The position numbers and the translations under genes are program-made. Shown piece by piece: positions 6,800 to 16,341 of a stretch of 64,000 bases of DNA. Position 1 is the first letter of the stretch, and each line of letters starts with the position of its first letter. The stretch comes from a virus. The notes beneath the pieces are model-generated. The model did not search any database and was not told where the DNA came from. It was given only the letters and a program-made list of their open reading frames with translations. The stretch spans positions 32,739 to 96,738 of the IMG/VR virus record IMGVR_UViG_3300028028_000001; one strand, 5' to 3'.

Positions 6800-9133
6800 A
6801 TGCACCTCTATCGCCCCGTTCGATCCGCTGACGGTTCTCTTTCGCTACGTGCCTCGGAACTGGTCTTCCGTCGCCCCGATGTGGCCCCCCGCGAGCTGCG
6901 CAAGGCCCTTCGTCTTCCGATCGGCATCGGCTGGCGTGACATCGACCAGGACGTGGACGGTGGCAAGGAGAAGAGGATCGTGGAGTGGGGAACGGTCTCC
7001 CGCTACTGGCCCTCACTCGAAGCCGCCATGGCCGCAGAACGGCGCTACCTGATCCTCGGGTCGCAGGATGACGGCTACGGGATTCCCCAGGTCGAGCGGC
7101 CCGGGTCGGTCCAGGCCTGGGAAGCACGGGAGCGCGCCCGTTCGGCTCATGAGATGGTGATCTACTACTCGCCCGACGGGTGGACGGCTCTTGCTGGTGA
7201 CGAGCACGGTGGGCAGGTCAAGGTGCTCGACGACTGCCGCGCGTACCGCTGGCCCTCGCTCATGGACGCGCTCTCTGCTGAGACGGCGTGGAGAGAGAAG
7301 GCGGACGCCGCGACCCTCAAACAGGTCCAGGCCGAAGCGCGCGGTGGAGAACCGAAGCCTTCGTTCTACGGTTACGGCGCGTTCATGGACGCGGCGCGGA
7401 AGTGTGCGGAGTTCATGGCGCTTGCGGATCCGGGTGTCGGGGCGCCTCTCGTTCGGTTCACGGTGGACCTTCGCAAGGCCGCTCAAATGGGGTTGTTCGG
7501 AGGGGAGACACGGATCCCGGAGCGGTCGCATCAAATGGGCCTCTTCGGTGGGACCGCGCACGTCAAGGCGCATACCCGGGTGGTCCATGGGCATGTGATC
7601 GAGGTGAAGGCCCATGATCGGGAGGTCGAGCATGGGGCGAACCATCCTCCCGAGGTGATGGGGCACTCGGCGCCGGGACATCGGGTGGATGTGGATGCGA
7701 AGGTGGCATGGCCAGAAGTCAAAGAAGGCAACCTGTACCGCATCCATTTCGACACCCGCGACGAAGGCCAGCCGCACGGCGACTATATCGCCAAACGAGC
7801 CTCGACGAATCATCACCAGTTCGAGAACCTTCTCAACGGCGCCCCCATGATGTTGAACCGGGATGCGGAAGGGCAGGGGAAGCACAGTCTGAGCGGCAAG
7901 GAAGGTGTCAGGATCCGAAGCGTTACAGGGTTTGAGGATGCTCTGGATGAGGCGAAAGCCAAGCATGAGATCATCCGAAAGGACGCGGAACGGGCGGCTT
8001 TGGCACCGAAGGTTGAGGAGAAGCCCTCCATTTCCGTCGATCCGGCCCAAATCGTCAAACCAGCGGACATTCAACCACCGGGCCCCATTCGTGACTACAC
8101 CGACATGAAGCCATCGGTCGGTATGAAGGTTCACGGGCACTACATGCGGTCACCCTTCACCGGCACGGTCCATAACATCGAATCCGACTCAAGCGGATAC
8201 CCTGGCACCCAGAACGATCGCAGGTTGTGGGTGAAACTTGATAGCCCCCTGGTGGTCCCGGAAGGTGATTCGTCATACCCCGCCGGTCACGTTCGGCGCG
8301 AGGCAGGGGAAAGCATCATTTTCCACGGGGAAAAACAGGCGTCAGGACATACACGGGTTCATCATGACACCCATCAAACCCTGGATTCGGTAGATAATCC
8401 GCTTCCTGGGTTGGTGCCCTTCGTAACAGACTACGATTCACGAAAGAAAACCCATACCCTGTCCGTGAACGGGAAGATGTCGAGCCATCCGACGCATGAA
8501 GCCGCGTTTGCTGCGGGGATGGAGGAGGTCAAGCCCACAACGCAACTTATCACCGAAGATGAGCTGAGAGAGCAGACCATCAAGCCCCCACCCAAGCCCA
8601 CCCTATCCGTCAAACCTGCGGAAATCGTTCAGGTTATACCGGGTATGGAGCACGAACATCCGGACTTTCCAGGCCACCGGTTGACCCGTGTGCAAACCCG
8701 GGAGAGGGACATCAGTTCCCGTGGTCGGGGACATGATTTATACACAATGATTGCCGGCCCAGAAGATGACACAATGCACTGGAGCGACAAGCATGTTGGC
8801 CATGAAGTAATTTCGGACGATTATCCAAGGTCAAGGTCCATACGATCAAGCGATAGACATGGTGAAACCTATGCGCATATGCCGCTCAAGCCCGGTAGTG
8901 TGATTATGCGTCTCAAAAAGAATACCGACGGGACAACCCAGAAGTCTGCGTTAGTTGTTCCGGAAAGTGGAGGAGACACATACCCAAGACACAAAGATCA
9001 ACCACTGGACGCCGATAGTTTGCCGTCTGCAACGGTAACCTCACGCAAAGCGGCTACTGGATGGGAAACTGTAGTAGATATCCCCGAAGGGATATCGGGT
9101 GTCAAGGCTGGTAAGCGAATTTACCGAGGATAG
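6800..9133 (+). CDS. large hypothetical virion-module protein with two QMGLF motifs and His/Arg module
   Basis: 777-aa ORF; KAAQMGLFGG (7484-7498) and HQMGLFGG (7532-7546) then AHVKAHTRVVHGHVIEVKAHDRE; internal duplication RYWPSLEAAM / YRWPSLMDAL; AT-richer 3' end. Confidence 0.6.
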   Translation: MHLYRPVRSADGSLSLRASELVFRRPDVAPRELRKALRLPIGIGWRDIDQDVDGGKEKRIVEWGTVSRYWPSLEAAMAAERRYLILGSQDDGYGIPQVERPGSVQAWEARERARSAHEMVIYYSPDGWTALAGDEHGGQVKVLDDCRAYRWPSLMDALSAETAWREKADAATLKQVQAEARGGEPKPSFYGYGAFMDAARKCAEFMALADPGVGAPLVRFTVDLRKAAQMGLFGGETRIPERSHQMGLFGGTAHVKAHTRVVHGHVIEVKAHDREVEHGANHPPEVMGHSAPGHRVDVDAKVAWPEVKEGNLYRIHFDTRDEGQPHGDYIAKRASTNHHQFENLLNGAPMMLNRDAEGQGKHSLSGKEGVRIRSVTGFEDALDEAKAKHEIIRKDAERAALAPKVEEKPSISVDPAQIVKPADIQPPGPIRDYTDMKPSVGMKVHGHYMRSPFTGTVHNIESDSSGYPGTQNDRRLWVKLDSPLVVPEGDSSYPAGHVRREAGESIIFHGEKQASGHTRVHHDTHQTLDSVDNPLPGLVPFVTDYDSRKKTHTLSVNGKMSSHPTHEAAFAAGMEEVKPTTQLITEDELREQTIKPPPKPTLSVKPAEIVQVIPGMEHEHPDFPGHRLTRVQTRERDISSRGRGHDLYTMIAGPEDDTMHWSDKHVGHEVISDDYPRSRSIRSSDRHGETYAHMPLKPGSVIMRLKKNTDGTTQKSALVVPESGGDTYPRHKDQPLDADSLPSATVTSRKAATGWETVVDIPEGISGVKAGKRIYRG

Positions 9134-9136
9134 CCC

Positions 9137-12100
9137 ATGTTCACCCCCTGCAAGTGCTCCAAAGGCTGCAAGGCCCACGCCATCATCACAGCGCTCGACA
9201 TGGACGGGACCACCTACCCTGTGCGAGTCCCCTATGAGCACCGCTACTCCTCGATCGGCTGGGGCGACCGTCCGCGCGTGCGGTTCGGTGATTCCGTAGC
9301 CGTCGAAGTGGCGCGCGGAGAGAAGGGCGTCCAGGCTCTTGACGAACTCGGCAACCTTCACCGGTTGAACCATGGCGCGTTCTCCACCTGGATTCCGGAA
9401 AGGAAGGGCAAGGCTCTCAAAAAGGCGGAAGTCAAAGCCGGTCAACGATGGATCACGGTCCACCCCGGCGGCGAAGGCTCAACGGGCGTCCCCATCCTGA
9501 TTCAGGAGGAGAAGGACGGAACCCACCGAGTCGTGGCAGGCGCGGGCGGGAAACTGACGCACCTCCGGCTTGAGAACGTCAAGAGCGCGGACGAATACGC
9601 CAAGTCCAAAGCCGACAAGAAGGCCGCAAAGAAAGAGAAGGACAAGACCGCTCCGAAGGAAGTCAAGGAGACCAAGAAGGAAGCCCACGAGAAGAAGCGC
9701 GAGGCCGAGCGCCAGTTCGTCAAAAAGGTGAGCACGAAACTCGGGGGAGTCTCCGAGGATCGCAAGCGTGACGAATCCGAATCTCCCGCCGTCGCACGTC
9801 GGCTTGACGCGCAGCATCATCGAAAGCAGGTCAACGAGGCCAAGAAGCGCGCCCACGGAGCCATGCAGGCGGTCGTTGCAGAGCGGACCGGGCAGGAGAG
9901 GGCAAAGGCGCTCACCTCCGAGGATACTCCCGAGGTCTCCGCTCACGTTCAGGAAACGATTCGCGCAGAACTCGACGACGAGGAAGCCGCTCAGAAGGCG
10001 CGCAAGGAAGCCCGCGCGCCAAAGATGATGGCCTCCCGGGCCGTGGACCCCGGAGCGCAAGAGAAAGCCGTCGTCCATGCCGTTGAAGCGGTCAAGCAGG
10101 CCCCTGAGCAGCTCGACAAGACACTTGAAGCGCTCGGCGGGCGTACTGACTCGGGCGAGGTTCTCCGGCTCTCTGTCGTGCCTGCCGTGGAGGCGAAACG
10201 CCGGTCCCTGCAAGCGCTCCAGGACGCCCAGATCATCCATGAAGCCCTATCGAACGGGCCCCCGAAAGACGAGAAGCAGCAGGCGATCGTGGAGCAGGCC
10301 CTGGGCGGCGCGAAACTCGGAACCGAGGAGGCCAAGGAAGCACTCCAGACCGCCATGGTCTCGAAGGTCAACGAAGCCGAGCGGCACGAAGTCCAGTCCA
10401 GGAAGCTCGACCAGATCGCACGGGACAAGGGCGAAGACGTGGCCGACCGTGCTCTCCGGGCGACCGACGCGGCAAGGGCCATCGCTCGCGAAACACAGGA
10501 AGCGCGGCGCCTGGGACTCGACAATCCCGAGAAGACGCCCCTTACTGTGCCTGAAACCGATGAACTCATGGACGTGGTGAAGGACCTCCAGGACCTGAAA
10601 GCGAAGACCCGAGCCCTGAAGAACGTCGTCAAGGACGCGGAAAAGGGCAACTTCGATCGGTCGCGCCGTGCGTTCAAGATGGACGTTCAAGCGGCCCCCA
10701 AAGACGTGGAGATGTCGATCGAGGAAGAGGTTCAGCGCTCACTCACGGAGCAGCTCCTCGGCGCGGTCAAGACCGATCGCCCGGAGTACATCCAGGGCGT
10801 CACCGCTGGGCACTATGACGCCCTCGCGGATGTCGGCTTGCAGATTGGCGGCCAGCGCTACCTGGACCGCCCCACGGTGGACGCTCTCGGCGCGAAGAAT
10901 GCCGCGATCCTACTCCGGTATGGGCTTGACCAGGACGGGCACGATATGGACGCCGTTCGCCAGGCCGTGGAAGAGTCGCACGTTGACGCGGTGAAAACCG
11001 AAGCCGCCAAAGCCATCGAGAAAGCGCGATCCTACGTCCCTGGGTTGGTCCACGAAGTCGATACAACCGAAGACGCCGAAGCAGCAATGGCGCACTTGGA
11101 CGCCCACGAATCCGAGATCGTCTCAGCGCAGAAGGCCCTTTCCTCGGCGATCGGGAGGCTCGAAGGTACGGCTACCCTTGGCCAGGCGCTGCGCGACAAG
11201 ATGCCCGATAGCCTTTCCGTTCGGGGCACCTCTCTTGAATCGTCTCAGCAGTGGGTTCATTCGCTCGGGCTTCACCCTGCCGATTACGAGGTGAACGCTG
11301 CACGGAACGAGATTACGATCCCCCGCCGATCGTGGGACAAACTGCTATCCCGAGACTCGCGCGAGGACATCGACAACCGGCGCGTGGTCAACGAGATCAA
11401 GGCAGGTCAGCACGACATCAAGGGTTGGCTTCCTCCCGGCATTGCCTATCGAGAGGCCTCCACGTTCACCGCGCCCGTTCCCAGCGCTCCTCGCATGTGG
11501 GAACCGCTTTCGTTCGATGGCGACCTCGACGAGGCCATCAAGACACACGTCGGCGCCCGGTTGGCATCCGGTGAGCATATCGGGGAGATTGCGTCTGACA
11601 TCTCCTCGGAAGGTGTTGCTTCGCAGGCCCCGAGCGCGAAGGAATACCGCGCGGCACTCGAGCGGCACTTCCCTCTCTACAAGGAAGGTGGAAAGGAACG
11701 GCTCACCGAAGCCCTGGCGGCTCTTGGACCTCGGCCGGAGAACGAGAACGAGGCGATCGAGTGGGACCGAAAAGCCATTAAGGCGGAGCAAGCGGAAAAG
11801 GTAGGCCTGACGCACTTCGCCGACAAGTGGGAGTCCTGGGCCCAGGACTACATGGAAAAGAAGCACGGTGGCGAGGGAGCCTATCACTCGCAGAACCTGC
11901 ATCCCGAGGACGTGGCGACCCGTGAGGCCATTTTCCGGACGCTGGCGGATCACCCGGAGGGCAAGATCGCCTTCAAGCCGTCGGGTCAACTGACACCGCA
12001 GGAAGAGGGGGTGATTCGGGACCGGTACTATCAGAGGATGGGGATCGACCCGAAGGTGAAGGTTGACGAGGCAAGGTTCCAAAGGGAGATGGCCCAGGCC

Positions 12101-14839
12101 AGTATGCCGGAAGGGCAGTGGGAGACCATGGTCAAGGAACACGAAGGAGAAGGCATAACTCCAGGGCAGGCCAAGGCCCGAGCCATGTCTCACCTTGGAG
12201 AGAAGGTCAAGAATGAGGCGTATTACCAAGAACTGACGAAACCATGGGACAAGACGGCTGGAACTGCATCTATAGACGAACCAAAGGATGTAAAACAACG
12301 TCGCCAATACCTGACGCGCGAACTCGCCGCACTCGGGAAAGAGCCCGACCGCCAAGACAAAGAGGCCAACCAGAAATGGCAAGAAGCGCGTAATGCTGTT
12401 TTTGAAAAGGCCGACACCGATTCTGGCAAGGAAGAACTTGATGAGACCAGTCCCGAATACCGGGCTTGGCAAAAACGACGTGATGCTGTTCTTGCCCGTC
12501 ATCCGCGAGCGGGTATGCAAAGCGCAATCGATAGTCTCGACAAAGCCGATCCGGAGTACGCAAGCAAAGTCGAAGCCATCAAACAGGACGCAGCGACCGC
12601 CCCCACCGCCTGGGGCAACTACGTTGAAGCGCACGGTTCGCGGCAACTGGCGATCGAGGCCCTGCAAGATGAGATGAGGGGCGAATTCGTCAAGACGTAC
12701 CAGGAGCACCACGGAAAGGTCACCGGGAACCCGCTACGGGTGGGCGTTCAGGACGTAACCAACAAGGCGCGCCATATCCGGGCAACAGGATCCCCCGAGG
12801 AAATCGCGCAAGCCAGGGCAGAGGAAAGGTCCAGGCTATCCAGTCTCCAGAAGAGGCAGGGCGGCGGATTTACCGAGATGGGCGGTGCAGGGTCGGCGAA
12901 AGCCCTGTTCACAAAAGCACTTGAACAAGACGAAATCGACAAGTCAAGTCAACTCGCTATGTTCGGATCGGCTACCTCCTCGGTGGCGGACCTCCCCGAA
13001 AAGAAGATCGAGCCGAAGACCGGCCAGCGGTGGAGTCTCGGAACCCGCGCGGAATCGCAACTTGAGAGCGTCATCAATGGCGGCCTGGGCCAGCAGTTTC
13101 AACCAGGAAGCCCGATCCGGCTTTTCGGTGGGCTCAACATGGATGGCGATCGAATCCACCAGCAGCGGGTTCTTCGCCAACTCGATCGGGTCAAAAGGAT
13201 GGCGGCGCTTCTCGGCACGGGCGCGGGGAAGTCGCTCACCTCGATCGCAGGGTTCACCCAGGCGCACGCGAAGGGTGAGGCATCCCACGGGCTCTATCTG
13301 GTCCCTGCCGCAGTCCAAGACCAGTTCGGCGGCGAGATGTTGCGCTACACGCAGCCCGGGAAATACAACTGGGCAACGGGTGGCGGAAAGAGCCACGCGG
13401 AACGGGTACGGATGCTCAAGGATCCGTCTATTCATATGCGGGTTATGACACACCAGTCCTTCCGGGATACTGCCCTAAAACTCATGGCAGACCACCATGG
13501 TCGGACTACCGAGAAGATGACAGAGGACTTCGGAAAGGCAGACCCAAAGACCCGCGCCCGGTGGATGCGTGAGGCCTTCGATGCCCACGGGATCCCCCGC
13601 CACTTCGTCTATTATGACGAGGCGCACACCGCGACCTCCGAGAACGAGAAGAGCGCCTCTCTGACTCATGACGTTGCGACGGCGGTAACGCATCCGTCGA
13701 ACGCTACCCATCTGCTTCTCGGGACCGCCACCCCCACGAAGAACAACACCGGAGAGATGCACTCATGGGCCTCGCTACTCGATCCGGACAAGTACGCCGA
13801 TCGGTGGAAGTTCATGCAGAACTTTGGGAGGGAAACCGCCTGGAACCCGAACGCGATCCGTCAAGAACTTGGGCACCGGGTTTACACCGCCAGAATCGAC
13901 CCCGAAGGAGTATCCCGAACAGACACCGACAACCCGACCGTGGAGGAAAAGGAAGTCCAGACTGGTGAGAATATGTGGGGTCCAACCTACGAAAAGCAGA
14001 AGGTGAAGTCTGCCGGCAAGCCGATCGAACTTCACCCTACCCAGAAGGCCCGGGTAGATGAGATCACGGCGGCTTATGAGCAGGCATCCACCTCGTTCAA
14101 GAAGGGCCATGTGGACGTGGAGAGCATCCGGAAAATCAACCCGGCACCGTTCGAGGGTAAGACCGATGAGCAGGCCCAAAGCATCGCGCGGAACATGATG
14201 AAGGGCCTTGGCTTCACCCGTGACGCGGCGCTGGAGCGGGCGATCAACCGCTCGCCTGTGGGCCAGAACGCGAAACTGGACGCCCTGGCCTCTGTCGTCC
14301 AGCATGACCTCGCGCAGAACTGGACCGATCGGAAAGGCAACGCGCGCAAGGGGAAGGCCTCGATCATCTTTTCGGACTCGGCGCAGGATGGAAAACTCAT
14401 CAACCAGCACCTTCGCTCTCTTGGCGTCCGCTCGGCTTTCTATCACGGTGGGCTTCCGAACGAGCAGAAAGAAGCCATCCGCACCGGGTTCCAACCCGAG
14501 CAAGGCGAGCCGAAGCACGACGTTATCGTCGCCACGTCGGCGGCCGAGGCGGGTCTGAACCTCCAACGGGCAAGCGTGCTGCACAATTACGACGTGCCCC
14601 AGACTGAGAAGAGCCACGCGCAGAGAGCCGGGCGAGCGTACCGGCAGGGGCAACTTGGCGACGTGGAGATTCACAACTGGCACACGAACACGGCGTTCGA
14701 GCGTCGGGCGCTTCAACTGCTCAAGGAGAAGCGGTATCTCGCTTCCGTGTTTCAGACTCCGATCGGCCATATGGACGACACAGGAACGGGCCTGCGTTAT
14801 ACTCGGATCATCTCACGCAAACATGAGGCTGCGGCATGA
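9137..14839 (+). CDS. giant (1900 aa) polyvalent-type protein with C-terminal SNF2-family helicase
   Basis: GTGAGKS (13214-13234), DEAH (13616-13627), LLLGTATPTKNN, helicase-C motifs VIVATSAAEAGLNLQ and HAQRAGRAYRQGQ; long helical N-terminal ~1300 aa; QLAMF at 12950-12964. Confidence 0.8.
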   Translation: MFTPCKCSKGCKAHAIITALDMDGTTYPVRVPYEHRYSSIGWGDRPRVRFGDSVAVEVARGEKGVQALDELGNLHRLNHGAFSTWIPERKGKALKKAEVKAGQRWITVHPGGEGSTGVPILIQEEKDGTHRVVAGAGGKLTHLRLENVKSADEYAKSKADKKAAKKEKDKTAPKEVKETKKEAHEKKREAERQFVKKVSTKLGGVSEDRKRDESESPAVARRLDAQHHRKQVNEAKKRAHGAMQAVVAERTGQERAKALTSEDTPEVSAHVQETIRAELDDEEAAQKARKEARAPKMMASRAVDPGAQEKAVVHAVEAVKQAPEQLDKTLEALGGRTDSGEVLRLSVVPAVEAKRRSLQALQDAQIIHEALSNGPPKDEKQQAIVEQALGGAKLGTEEAKEALQTAMVSKVNEAERHEVQSRKLDQIARDKGEDVADRALRATDAARAIARETQEARRLGLDNPEKTPLTVPETDELMDVVKDLQDLKAKTRALKNVVKDAEKGNFDRSRRAFKMDVQAAPKDVEMSIEEEVQRSLTEQLLGAVKTDRPEYIQGVTAGHYDALADVGLQIGGQRYLDRPTVDALGAKNAAILLRYGLDQDGHDMDAVRQAVEESHVDAVKTEAAKAIEKARSYVPGLVHEVDTTEDAEAAMAHLDAHESEIVSAQKALSSAIGRLEGTATLGQALRDKMPDSLSVRGTSLESSQQWVHSLGLHPADYEVNAARNEITIPRRSWDKLLSRDSREDIDNRRVVNEIKAGQHDIKGWLPPGIAYREASTFTAPVPSAPRMWEPLSFDGDLDEAIKTHVGARLASGEHIGEIASDISSEGVASQAPSAKEYRAALERHFPLYKEGGKERLTEALAALGPRPENENEAIEWDRKAIKAEQAEKVGLTHFADKWESWAQDYMEKKHGGEGAYHSQNLHPEDVATREAIFRTLADHPEGKIAFKPSGQLTPQEEGVIRDRYYQRMGIDPKVKVDEARFQREMAQASMPEGQWETMVKEHEGEGITPGQAKARAMSHLGEKVKNEAYYQELTKPWDKTAGTASIDEPKDVKQRRQYLTRELAALGKEPDRQDKEANQKWQEARNAVFEKADTDSGKEELDETSPEYRAWQKRRDAVLARHPRAGMQSAIDSLDKADPEYASKVEAIKQDAATAPTAWGNYVEAHGSRQLAIEALQDEMRGEFVKTYQEHHGKVTGNPLRVGVQDVTNKARHIRATGSPEEIAQARAEERSRLSSLQKRQGGGFTEMGGAGSAKALFTKALEQDEIDKSSQLAMFGSATSSVADLPEKKIEPKTGQRWSLGTRAESQLESVINGGLGQQFQPGSPIRLFGGLNMDGDRIHQQRVLRQLDRVKRMAALLGTGAGKSLTSIAGFTQAHAKGEASHGLYLVPAAVQDQFGGEMLRYTQPGKYNWATGGGKSHAERVRMLKDPSIHMRVMTHQSFRDTALKLMADHHGRTTEKMTEDFGKADPKTRARWMREAFDAHGIPRHFVYYDEAHTATSENEKSASLTHDVATAVTHPSNATHLLLGTATPTKNNTGEMHSWASLLDPDKYADRWKFMQNFGRETAWNPNAIRQELGHRVYTARIDPEGVSRTDTDNPTVEEKEVQTGENMWGPTYEKQKVKSAGKPIELHPTQKARVDEITAAYEQASTSFKKGHVDVESIRKINPAPFEGKTDEQAQSIARNMMKGLGFTRDAALERAINRSPVGQNAKLDALASVVQHDLAQNWTDRKGNARKGKASIIFSDSAQDGKLINQHLRSLGVRSAFYHGGLPNEQKEAIRTGFQPEQGEPKHDVIVATSAAEAGLNLQRASVLHNYDVPQTEKSHAQRAGRAYRQGQLGDVEIHNWHTNTAFERRALQLLKEKRYLASVFQTPIGHMDDTGTGLRYTRIISRKHEAAA

Positions 14840-15000
14840 AGATGAGAAAGAAAAAAGTAGACTTCTCAGCGGTAATCCGGCCAGTCAAAGAAGAAACTTC
14901 CTCGCACTTCGGATCGCGTGTCGTCGATATACGGTGTGTAGATTTCTCGGTTGACTCGATCCGTGCGTTTATCAAGCGGATGGAGCAGGAACCACTATGA
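14836..15000 (+). CDS. small ORF (54 aa) not in the ORF track
   Basis: MKMRKKKVDFSAVIRPVKEE...; ATGA overlaps at both ends (14836-14839 and 14997-15000); AT-richer than surroundings. Confidence 0.4.
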   Translation: MKMRKKKVDFSAVIRPVKEETSSHFGSRVVDIRCVDFSVDSIRAFIKRMEQEPL

Positions 15001-15239
15001 ACGACCGACAAGAGATGATCAAACTCCTCGCGTCTCTGGAGGCCAACAAGCAGGCAATCCAGGGCGCAAGAAAGGACCTGGCCCGGGAATGCTCCGAGCG
15101 TCAGGATGCCGTGTCTCCTGCCCTGGAAACGATCGGCGAGCACCCCGACATGGAAGACGCGGGGATCCTCGGGCACCGCTACCACAAGACGATTCTGGCC
15201 GATCACCATGCGCTTGGCGAACTGGCGCGCCGTGGCTGA
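14997..15239 (+). CDS. hypothetical protein
   Basis: 80-aa ATG ORF coupled to flanking ORFs. Confidence 0.5.
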   Translation: MNDRQEMIKLLASLEANKQAIQGARKDLARECSERQDAVSPALETIGEHPDMEDAGILGHRYHKTILADHHALGELARRG

Positions 15240-15468
15240 CCTGTCGGCGTTCAAGATCCGATGTCCTGCCTGCGGTTACGATATGTGGGCCGTGCGCGCG
15301 GGTCAGTGGACGCTCAAAACCGCTATTATCCGGGTGGACGACGGGGTCTTCATTGCACGATGCCCAGAAGGGCGGTGCAAAGGTGAAGCCGTGGTCCCGA
15401 TGGTTCTCCTGCACTCCGACGCTACCCGCCGAATTGTGAGAATTCGAAAAAACAGCGCTGAGGTATAG
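15232..15468 (+). CDS. small zinc-ribbon protein
   Basis: GTG 15232 overlaps upstream stop (GTGGCTGA); CPACGYDM...CPEGRC; alternative ATG 15208. Confidence 0.45.
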   Translation: MADLSAFKIRCPACGYDMWAVRAGQWTLKTAIIRVDDGVFIARCPEGRCKGEAVVPMVLLHSDATRRIVRIRKNSAEV

Positions 15469-15506
15469 CCGGGCAGTCTGGTCCGAACCTCTCACGGCCC
15501 ACCCAC

Positions 15507-15547
15507 GGCCCTACCCGGATCCCCTCCCGGGTAGGGCCTTCTTTTGT
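15507..15547 (+). terminator. rho-independent terminator
   Basis: perfect 12-bp stem ggccctacccgg / ccgggtagggcc (15507-15518 / 15527-15538), 8-nt loop, then ttcttttgtt. Confidence 0.6.
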
Positions 15548-15555
15548 TGGTACTC

Positions 15556-16341
15556 ATGTCGATCCCCTTCGAACTCTCCGGATCCCTCCTCGCTCGCCCG
15601 CTCCGAAAAGCGGTGAGCGCGCGGACTCGTCCGCTTGAAGGGTTCCTGACTACCTACGGCGTACTCAGCGAAAACGGCGGGATCATCCCGACCGCTGACC
15701 GAGACGGGCAGGTCATGGAAGCCGCCTCTGCTCTGGGGCTCATCGACTTTCAGGAGTACCTCCGAACCGGGCTCTGGAACGATACCCACGATGACACCGT
15801 GATTGTAGGGCGCTCCGATGGCCTGGAGTTTCACAACGGCTCGACGAAGTTGTCACAGGCTCACCGGAAGGTCGGCTACTTCACGGCCGGGCACTTGTTC
15901 GACCCTGCGAACCCGGCTTCTTTCGGGGACTACAAGCCCTCGCCAAAGGAACTGGAACGCTCGGACTACTTCTGGGACCTCGCCAGCAGTACCCTGGGCG
16001 AAACCGATCGCGGGTTGGCTTTTTCGGCTCATGGCCGGATGTGGACCGACCCGACAAATACCAGGATTTTGACGGCGAAGATTGATCAGGTGGCGGTCTG
16101 CGAAACCCCGGTCAATCCCTACTGTCCTGCCGAGATCCCCGAAGTGTCGGCTGAACTTGCGAAGGCGGTCAAGAAGCCGACTGCTTCCTCTTTGCTTGCT
16201 TCCCTCAAACCGGAGACGCGGGAAAAGCTGGTCGCCATCATCAAGAAGCGTTTCCCCCATCTGTCAGACGCGGAGATCGATACCGTTCTTCTGAAACTGG
16301 CAGAAAACCACCACTATGGAGTAAAATCCGATGCCCAATGA
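15556..16341 (+). CDS. prohead protease / head-maturation candidate
   Basis: position immediately upstream of scaffold and capsid genes; LWNDTHDD...GLAFSAHG pattern loosely like HK97-type proteases; weak. Confidence 0.45.
   Translation: MSIPFELSGSLLARPLRKAVSARTRPLEGFLTTYGVLSENGGIIPTADRDGQVMEAASALGLIDFQEYLRTGLWNDTHDDTVIVGRSDGLEFHNGSTKLSQAHRKVGYFTAGHLFDPANPASFGDYKPSPKELERSDYFWDLASSTLGETDRGLAFSAHGRMWTDPTNTRILTAKIDQVAVCETPVNPYCPAEIPEVSAELAKAVKKPTASSLLASLKPETREKLVAIIKKRFPHLSDAEIDTVLLKLAENHHYGVKSDAQ

Noticed and set aside
6081-8140. Minus-strand ORFs 6081..7127 and 7013..8140
   Set aside because: They lie antisense to the DUF1643 gene and the 777-aa ORF. They are Arg/Pro/Gly-rich and are taken as spurious.
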